A stretch of 64,000 nt of DNA from Macrostomum lignano (taxonomy: Eukaryota), in assembly GCA_002269645.1 (NCBI GenBank), contig NIVC01003838.1, forward strand, positions 1 to 64,000, written 5' to 3'. Below, in pieces: positions 52,527 to 64,000 of this stretch. The position numbers were made by a program, and so were the translations under genes. The notes beneath the pieces are model-generated. The model was not told the DNA's origin. It searched no databases and saw only the letters and a program-made list of their open reading frames with translations. The first letter of the stretch is position 1, and every line of letters starts with the position of its first letter.

Positions 52527-53454
52527 TCAGAATGGCATTAGTCTCGTATCTTTTAAAGATGGCATTCGTTTCTTCAACATGACAAGTTCCATTTCTCTAA
52601 GTTCTCTCACCGTTCTTTGCTCAGTTCTGCCGCCGCCGCCGCCACCACCGCCGCCATTTTCGACCACTGCGCTTCCCTCGCCGCCGCCGCTGCCGTTGCC
52701 GCAGGCTTTGAGTCTCGCGACATCTCCTTGCGCGGCGCCCAGCAACAGCGGGCTGTTGTTGGCAGCGACTCCAGCCGCCGCTTGCGCCGGAGGCGGGGCC
52801 GCCCAGCTCCAGCCCTCGTCCAGCACGTAGGGATCCTCCTGGAACCGTTTTCTCAGGCCGGCCATCATTGAGATTGCGCTGGAAGTGGAACGAAAAGGCG
52901 GCATTGTCAGATCGCTAGATTGGGTGGGTAAACAGCTGAAGTAACTATACCTGTACTTCTATGGGCAGATAGCTCGTTATCTAATAAGTACTCTTGCTAC
53001 TCGAGCTTCTAGGGCTTTTTTAAATTGCAAATATTCTTAACTAAATGGCACCCCTGTTTTCTACAAAATGGCACCCAGACACAAAGGTCTTCGATAAAAA
53101 ATGGCCACTTTTCAAACAGAAAAGTGGCACCCAACATTAAAAATGGCATTCCTTCGCGTCAAAGTCCCGCACTCACGAGTCCCGCCTCCCCTGCCCGCCG
53201 GCGCCGCCCGCCGCTTTCGTCGAGGTCCTCCTGGCCTGCACGCCGTTAGCGGTCACGTGACCTGCCGCCGACGGCTCCTCAATGCCGTCGGCCGAAGACG
53301 CCGCTGACGAACCCGACGATCGCCCAGCTTGGAAGCAGCTCAGCGGGCGGAGCACCCGGCGAACTCGCTGCGCCCGAGACATTTTGCCGTTGCCGCCGCT
53401 GCCGCCACCTTCGCGGCCTCCGTTTGCATCGAAATTTCTCGCTCTACTAAGCAT
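52527..53454 (-). CDS. Small 2-exon hypothetical Gly/Ala-rich protein, or 5' exons of the RhoGEF
   Basis: Exon 53454-~53177 ends GAC TC|GTGAGT; acceptor AATCTAG|C GAT CTG ACA ATG is phase-compatible; the frame ends at TGA 52527. GC-rich and coding-like. Confidence 0.55.
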
Positions 53455-54254
53455 GTGAAAGAGCCACTTAATTCGATTGCAATTTCAGTATAGCGTAGCT
53501 CCAATCTCTGGTTTACGGGGGGTTGGGTTTATAATAAAAACAGGACCTGGCCGCTTGCCCCCGTCTGGTCTGTCTCGCAGCCCCATTGGCTGGCTCAGTG
53601 ACGCACCGTACAAAGAATTAATCTGCACCTTCCCCCTTCTATTCCTTACCCCCTCACAATTTCCTGGGTACAAGCCCCCCCTGTTCCCTACTGCATGTAT
53701 GCGGGGGGAAACAAAGATCCCCACGGAAATACTGGGTTATGTGGGGTTTCTGGAGGGAGAAGGCAGGAGAGGAGAGGAGGGTAGCAACTGCCTGACGTCA
53801 TTCTGGGACTGCGAACTGGGTTTGCAGCTGGTTGGTACAGTCAGCCACAGAAGTGTACAGTCGAAGCCTTTCCAACATTTACACATTATTATATTTGAAA
53901 CATCGGCTTATCTACCATTAGTCTTTCATTCGATATCTGCGAATCTATGAACTACAAGCAGTCCAGCAGTTCAGTGGAAAAGCTCTCATATAAACAGCAG
54001 CGCTAGAAGGCTGAGGGTTGGTTGGTCGGCTTTAAAAATTCATGTTGATGCGCGGAAGACGAAGCCGCAAGGATGAATCATTTCTGCATAAACGGTGGCT
54101 GGTGGGTGGCTGGATTTGATGCTTTGAACTGGCCTCCTGCTGCTGCGGGCTTCACAATTTGTGCTGCTGGTAGCCACAGTTTTAAATAAATTTTAGTGCA
54201 CCTTGCCGCTCATGACTGGGCAGTGTTGATGCAGGAGTAGCTGGCGGCGTATTC

Positions 54255-54740
54255 TCCATACCCTCCCGGCCATCTCCACACCCTCCGGCCTGCCCTCCCA
54301 CACCCTCTCTGCCCTCTCCATGACCATACCCTCCCGGCCCTCTCCACACCCTCCGGCCTGCCCTCCCACACCCTCTCTGCCCTCTCCATACCCTCCCGGC
54401 CCTCTCCACACCCTCCGGCCTGCCCTCCCACACCCTCTCTGCCCTCTCCATACCCTCCCGGCCCTCTCCACACCCTCCCTGCCCTCCCAACCCTCTCTGC
54501 CCTCTCCATACCCTCCGGCCTGCCCTCCCACACCCTCTCTGCCCTCTCCATACCCTCCCGGCCCTCTCCACACCCTCAGGCCTGCCATCCCACACCCTCT
54601 CTGCTCTCTCCACACCCTCACTGCCCTCTCCACACCCTCCCTGCTCTCTCCACACCCTCCCTGCTCTCTCCACACCCTCCCTGCCCTCTCCACACCCTCC
54701 CTGCCCTCTCCACACCCTCTCTGCCATCTCCACACCCTTT
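54255..54740. repeat. C/T-rich minisatellite
   Basis: CACACCCTCTCTGCCCTCTCCATACCCTCCCGG units. Confidence 0.88.
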
Positions 54741-55162
54741 CTGTACCTTTTATCTTGCAAAAAATCACACTATTTAAATTTAAATATCGAATTCAACAGA
54801 AACGAGTCAAAGTCAAAGTACATGTATCTAGATATAGTTACGAGTTTAGCTAAGTAGTTATGTAATATATTTGCTACACAAATTACGATTAAATTAACTA
54901 CAGACAATCTCTTAAAGTGATTTGTAAGTTGAAAATTTGCTTAAGTGAAATAATTAGCAAATAATTTTGTCAGGTAAAAAAGCTGAACTAGGGATCAACC
55001 TGGACTGAATGAGCTGAGCTATATATTTCAGATATTAATAAACTAACAGAAAACTAAAGTCACCAGTAATTTTTAGGGCGAAGCGAAAAATTATACTGCT
55101 TAATTTTGAACGAAATTCTAGAGAGTCAATAATAAAATTGAAGTCATTAAAATGATTTTCCT

Positions 55163-57510
<2,348 letters not shown>

Positions 57511-57959
57511 GACTTAACAACGAATCCGATAATGGCAATTATTAAGCTGAGTTTCAACGATTGTAAACGCGGCGGCAGATGGGGGACCGGACGATCTGAG
57601 TTTCGCCCCACTCCGGGTATTCCCTTATCATTTTAAAGGGAAGGAATGGACCGGGGGAGAGAGAACTCTGGGAAAGGGGCGGCGGAGGCGGCTTGGAAGC
57701 GGCGGGGGACCAGCAGGGGAAGGAAAACAAGGGGAGAGGTGGTGAGGAAAACTTCCCTACCCCCTAGTTATAACCGTCGCCTTCTAAGCCACGGATGCCT
57801 AAAGCTAGGTATCTGGACTGGGACAGTCGATTCCCACTATCCCAATTTCTAAGAAACTGCGGATCGACAATCGACGTTTCTTAGAATAGATGCATGTATT
57901 TCTTAGAATTAGGCAATCAACAATCGAGCTTTCTAAAAATCTGGTTTCTTAGACTCAAA

Positions 57960-58625
57960 GATTTCTTAGAATCGGCGAATCGACTATCGAGATTTCTTAG
58001 AATCGGCGAATCGACTGTCGAAATTTCTTAGAATCAGCGAATCGACTATCGAGATTTTTTTGAATCAGCGAATCGACTATCGAGATTTTTTTGAATCAGC
58101 GAATCGACTATCGAGATTTCTTAGAATCAGCGAATCGACTATCGAGATTTCTTAGAATCAGCGAATCGACTATCGAGATTTCTTAGAATCAGGGAATTGA
58201 CTATCGAGATTTTTTTGAATCAGCGAATCGACTGTCGAAATTTCTTAGAATCAGCGAATCGACTATCGAGATTTCTTAGAATCAGCGAATCGACTATCGA
58301 GATTTCTTAGAATCAGCGAATCGACTATCGAGATTTCTAAGAATCAGCGAATCGACTATCGAGATTTCTTAGAATCAGCGAATCGACTATCGAGATTTCT
58401 AAGAATCAGCGAATCGACTATCGAGATTTCTAAGAATCAGCGAATCGACTATCGAGATTTCTTAGAATCAGTGAATGGACTATCGATATCTCTTAGAATC
58501 TGCGAATCGACTATCGAGATTTCTTAGAATCGGCGAATCGACTATCGTGATTTCTTAGAATCGGCGAATCGACTATCGAGATTTCTAAGAATCGCCAAAC
58601 CGACGTCGAGATTTCTAAGAATCAG
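57960..58625. repeat. 31-bp minisatellite (ATTTCTTAGAATCAGCGAATCGACTATCGAG)
   Basis: About 21 units. Confidence 0.95.
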
Positions 58626-59799
58626 CGAATGAAGTTACTTTGCAAAGCTAGCTTTAAAAAGAGTGAATTTTCTACTGTCGACACTTTCCTACCGTGCAAC
58701 AAATTATTTACCAGCGAATTGAAATTCAAGCTCCGCGAGAGCTCCGTCGCCAACTCCAGATTCTAGATGTCTAGAGCTCCCTGCCTGCCCAGATCCCTCA
58801 GCCGCACGCCGCGCAGGAGGTAGGGCATGGGGAGATTCTTCCCCAACAGATAACACCGCACAGCAGTGTACAGTACGCCAGTCAAAGCCCCCTACTGCTG
58901 TAAAATCCTTAATTTCGCGTGTTCGCATTGGGCAGTATGGAGCGAGCTGCTGGGTCAGTCTTGAATGTCACAGCCGAAGTTCTTTGACTAGCTGCTAGCT
59001 GTGTTTCTGTGCAGTAGGGAAGCAAGCTGATGCATTCTTCGTTCGCGCGCAAAAGTTCGGAGAGGAAAAAAATAGCCGAGCGAACTTTGCAATTGCAAAC
59101 TTCTTGGGGGTGAAAGGAAACTGATAGCGTATAGACTGCCTGGAGTCGGTGAGGGGTGGGAGAGGAGAGGGTTGGAGAGGAGAGGGTTGGAGAAGAGAGG
59201 GAGGGTTAAGAGAGGGTGAGATAAGAGAGGGTAAGATAGGAGGGGGTGAGATAGGAGAGGGTAAGATAGGAGAGGGTGAGATTGGAGACGATGAGATTGG
59301 AGGGTAAGATAGGAAAGGGTGAGAGTGGAGAATGTAAGATTAGAGAGGATAAGATAGAAGAGGGTAAGAGAAGATAGGAGGGTGAGATAGGAGGGGAAGA
59401 GAGGGACAGAATTATAAATATATAGTATTAAATAATGATCAAAAGCCTTGAAAATAAGAAGTTTTTTAAATGATGGTCTGTAAAAAGCAAGGAAGCCGCT
59501 AAGCTGACGGCAGCTGCTTATATTTCAGGCAGAACCAGCACCCAAAAAATAGGTTCGATCAATGTCTGCAAGGTAAATAAACGAAAAAAACAACAAGTTT
59601 ATTAGGCGCAAAAACAGTGGGATCCTCGCAAAACCAACAATTACTAATATAATGACGTAACATAATAACAGGTTTGTAATAAATACAGGAGACTACTGGT
59701 AGTGCATGAAATTGTTTATGAAGGGCCGGTTTGTCAAAAAGACTGAAAATAATTATGGAGCTTACAATATTCAGCCATCCTCCTGCGACAGGATTTTAG

Positions 59800-60710
59800 C
59801 TACCGACATTCTAAGAATTGGTTACCGAATTTCTAAGAATGGGCTACCGACATTCTAAGAATTGGTTAGTGGTTACCGACATTTATAAGAATGGGCTAAA
59901 CACATTCTAAGAATAGGTTACCGACATTTCTGAGATTTGGCTACCGACATTTCTAAGAATAGGCTATCAAAATTCTAATAATGGGCTACCGAAATTCTAA
60001 GAATGGGCTACCGATATTCTAAGAATGGGCTACCGATATTCTAAGAATGGGCTACCGATATTCTAAGAATTGGCTACCGATATTCTAAGAATTGGCTACC
60101 GATATTCTAAGAATTGGCTACCGACATTCTAAGAATTGGCTACCGACATTCTAAGAATTGGCTACCGACATTCTAAGAATGGGATATCGACATTATAAGA
60201 ACTGGCTACCGACATTTTAAGAATCCGCTATCGACATTCTAAGAATCTGCTAACAGACATTTTAAGAATCTGCTAACAGACATTCTAAGAATCTGCTAAC
60301 AGACATTCTAAGAATCTGCTAACAGAAATTCTAAGAATCTGCTAACAGACATTCTAAGAATCTGCTAACAGACATTCTAAGAATCTGCTAACAGAAATTC
60401 TAAGAATCTGCTAACAGACATTCTAAGAATCTGCTAACAGAAATTCTAAGAATCTGCTAACAGACATTCTAAGAATCTGCTAACAGAAATTCTAAGAATC
60501 TGCTAACAGAAATTCTAAGAATCTGCTAACAGAAATTCTAAGAATCTGCTAACAGAAATTCTAAGAATCTGCTAACAGACATTCTAAGAATCTGCTAACA
60601 GAAATTCTAAGAATCTGCTAACAGAAATTCTAAGAATCTTCTAACAGAAATTCTAAGAATCTGCTAACAGAAATTCTAAGAATCGACTTTACGCATTCTA
60701 AGAACTGGCC
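59800..60710. repeat. 22/23-bp minisatellite (TTCTAAGAATTGGCTACCGACA grading to TTCTAAGAATCTGCTAACAGAAA)
   Basis: About 40 units in homogenised blocks. Confidence 0.95.
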
Positions 60711-61721
60711 AATCAACTATATCGACATACTTACAACTCCAAATGCCGTTTTGCAAATAAAAATGAAAATGATCAACCGACATCAGTCTCGGGAGGATTT
60801 GGCTGCTGTAAAACCACAAGCAAAACAGCATGGAAACCCAGCTGAAAAAGCAACAACATACAGCAACAGAACTCGCCAGCTACCAGTAACAGCACGAATG
60901 CATAAATAATATTGTTTTTGTTAAAATTGAACATAAAAATAGAGTGGAGAGAAGCTTTCAGCGGTGTGGAAGACGCCGGACAAAATAAATGAAAATAAAA
61001 AAACAGCCTCGGGAATGTTTTAACGGATAGAGGAAAGGAAATATAAATAAATAAATAAATGAATGAATAAATATTAGTATAGACAAATAAACAAATATAC
61101 ACATTGTTCATTCTGAAATCAGAAGACGGTTAGAGATCAAATTCGAATTCGAATATTAGGAAGTCAATAGTTTTTTGTGACAGTGGAATTATTGTTATTT
61201 GTTATTTCATCGCCTTAATGTATATACATGTATGTATATAAAAATTCGAATGCTCAATGCAAAAACTACGTCGAACGCGTACTACTAACAGTAGTTTACA
61301 ATAATAAGTTTAAAATAATTTTTTTAATTACACAAGCACGTGATTTGGGTAATTGATATTGTTAAAAAACTTGGGAAAACTTGTAAAGTTAAAGTGACTC
61401 GCGCTAAATTTGATCAACAAATTAAAATGAGCAAATCGCTTCAACACTTGCCTGTGCTAGCGAATGTAGATTGTTGAAACCTGTGCAGCACCAGCATCTG
61501 CTTGCCATTGAGCAAAAAGTACAAAAAGCAAAGCTGTGCAGTCGAAAAATCCCGAATCTCTGATCCCAGATTCCCGGACAATGATCCCGAATCTCTGATC
61601 CCAGATTCCCGCACAATGATCCCGAATCTCAATCCAGAAAAGAGCCCAAAACACGAACATATAGTAATCCCAATTTACAAGAAAAATCCCAGCCTATCCG
61701 AAGCCACAGCCGAGCCGCCAA

Positions 61722-64000
61722 TCACAGCAGGCGCAGAATCGTGTAGGGCACGTGACCAACCTCGCCAATGTAGTTGCGCAGCTGCCACCAGTTGCGCGAA
61801 TCGTCCAGCACTTCAAGCAGTTCGCCGCGCTGCACAGTCAGCTCCTTGGCGTTTCGGCCGGCTTTGTCGTGCAGCACCTGCACAACCCGGCGACCGCGGG
61901 ACTCGGCCTCCGAACGGAGCCGCTCCTGACGCTCGTCCCAGCTGCTGGCGGCGCCGAAGCCGGCTCCGTTGAAGCTCCGCCGGGCTGCCTGACGGTGGCC
62001 AACACCAAAGGAGGACTGCCGAGGCTGGGCGTAAATCGACGGCTGAGCCAGCTGAGGGCCTCTGGGTGCCACCTGAGCAACGGGACGCTGCGGCTGCGAT
62101 GGCTGGACTTTGGGGCCGTTGTTTCCGCCGCGGCTGTAGGGGCTGTGCGGCTGGGCCATTGTCACCGGGTTGATCTGGGCAGGTTCGTTGTGGGGAAACA
62201 TTGGCACACTTTATGGGTAATTTTGAAGGTGAATTGTAAATTATCATAGATTGGAAATAGAGATGAGACACATCTATCAGACAGGCGGACATGAAACACG
62301 GACATGAGACACGGAAATCAGAAGCGGACATGGAACACGGACATGAGACATGAAACACGGACATGAGACACGGAAATCAGAAGCGGACATGGAACACGGA
62401 CATGAGACATGGACACGAGACAAGGATATGAGACACGGACATGAGACAGGCTCAGCTCATCACCTTGATGACAGGCTGCTGCCTGGGCGCGGCGCCGCCA
62501 TTAACCATCGGAGCGGCAGCCTGGGACTTGGACAGTCCCTGGCCGAGCAGCTCGGGTTCGAGCTCGGGCTGCCAGCCGTCCCGCTTGAACCGGGGCCGGT
62601 AGGGCGGCACGTCGCCAGCCTGCTGCTGATGCTCGTCGATCCAGCGCTGCCGGTGGCAGGTCCAGGCGTTGCCAAGGCTGTACCAGAGCTCGCACTCCTT
62701 GGATGTCAGGCAGTGCTTCAGCAGCGCCACGGCGGCCGGGGTGAGCAGAGGCGACAGCACCCGGGAGGGCAGGTCCGGCCCGATCGACTGCGGGGCGAGG
62801 GGGTGCGGCGGGATTCGATAATGACTGATATGCAAATATGGAATAGGTTTGTACTGTGGATACGCTGAACAGAGAGTTGCTAAGATAAACAGAGAAGAGA
62901 TGGGGTGAGACAGGATGAGACAGGAAGAGAGACAAGACAAGACAATACCAGACAGGATGGTGGGAGACAAGACCACACAGGATGAGAGACAAGACAAGAC
63001 CAGACAGGATGGGAGACAAGACCAGACAGGATGTGGGACAAGACCAGGCAGTATGAGAGACAAGACCACACAGGATGGGAGACAAGACCAGACAGGATGT
63101 GAGACAAGACCAGACAGGATGGGAGACAAGACCAGGCAGTAGGAGAGACAAGACCACACAGGATGGGAGACAAGACCAGACAGGATGGGAGACAAGACCA
63201 GACAGGATGTGAGACAAGACCACACAGGATGGGAGACAAGACCACACAGGATGGGAGACAAGACCAGACAAGGTAAGAGACAAGACCAGACAAGGTAAGA
63301 GACAAGACCAGACAGGATGAGAGACAAGACCAGACAGGGTAAGAGACAAGACCAGACAGGATGAGAGACAAGACCAGACAAGGTAAGAGACAAAACCAGA
63401 CAGGATGGGAGACAAGACCAGACAGGATGAGAGACAAGACCAGACAGGATGTGAGACAAGACCAGACAGGATGAGAGACAAGACCAGACAGGATGTGAGA
63501 CAAGACCAGACAGGATGAGAGACAAGACCAGACAGGATGAGAGACAAAACCAGACAAGGTGTGAGACAAGACCAGACAGGATGAGAGACAAGACCAGACA
63601 GGATGTGAGACAAGACCAGACAGGGTAAGAGACAAGACCAGACAGGATGAGAGACAAGACCAGACAGGATGAGAGACAAAACCAGACAAGGTGTGAGACA
63701 AGACCAGACAGAATGAGAGACAAGACCAGACAGGATGTGAGACAAGACCAGACAGGGTAAGAGACAAGACCAGACAGGATGAGAGACAAGACCAGACAGG
63801 ATGAGAGACAAGACCAGACAGGATGTGAGACAAGACCAGACAGGGTGGGAGACAAGACCAGACAGGATGAGAGACAAGACCAGACAGGGTGAGAGACAAG
63901 ACCAGACAGGATGAGCCAGATATCACAGACACTGCAGCAGACAAGCCGCACCTGCACAATGAGAACCAGCGGAACGAACAGGCAGTGCACCAGCTCGGGG
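61722..64000 (-). CDS. EPS8: EPS8-family adaptor, 3' exons (<=64000-63952, 62787-62464, 62174-61722)
   Basis: PELVHCLFVPLVLIVQ|SIGPDLPSRVLSPLL...ELWYSLGNAW...PPYRPRFKRDGW; SH3 LHDKAGRNAKELTVQRGELLEVLDDSRNWWQLRN..GEVGHVPYTIL. Joins are phase 0. The gene continues beyond the window. Confidence 0.88.
62900..63910. repeat. Intronic 24-bp minisatellite (GAGACAAGACCAGACAGGAT(G/T)..)
   Basis: Direct reading. Confidence 0.95.

Noticed and set aside
53580-53610. CCAAT-box and CRE-like motifs upstream of the 53454 gene
   Set aside because: Short motifs expected by chance; no TSS evidence.

Overview
Eukaryotic animal genomic DNA with GT-AG introns, GC-rich exons and nearly every intron filled by its own mini/microsatellite. 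This style resembles a free-living flatworm such as Macrostomum (inference only). 1-11.3 kb is a transposon-dense block: a frameshifted ankyrin-repeat stretch, a near-complete Crypton-type tyrosine-recombinase element (two 1-nt frameshifts) with deleted or divergent relatives and MITEs, and a 5'-truncated Penelope-like retroelement (RT + GIY-YIG). The retroelement carries a readable minimal hammerhead ribozyme in its 3' region and sits inside an (AG)n-containing satellite. After this block come a 2-exon cGAS-like (Mab-21) nucleotidyltransferase (+) and a series of minus-strand genes: a kinase-like fragment, a large low-complexity/coiled-coil gene, an 8-exon secreted Ig-Ig-Ig/SUEL-like/ALK-LTK glycine-rich protein (820 aa, all splice phases consistent), a PDZ-DH-PH RhoGEF, a small unknown gene, adenylate kinase 1 and the 3' part of an EPS8-like gene. 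Gene models were assembled by hand from splice sites and reading-frame phase; no database searches were run.
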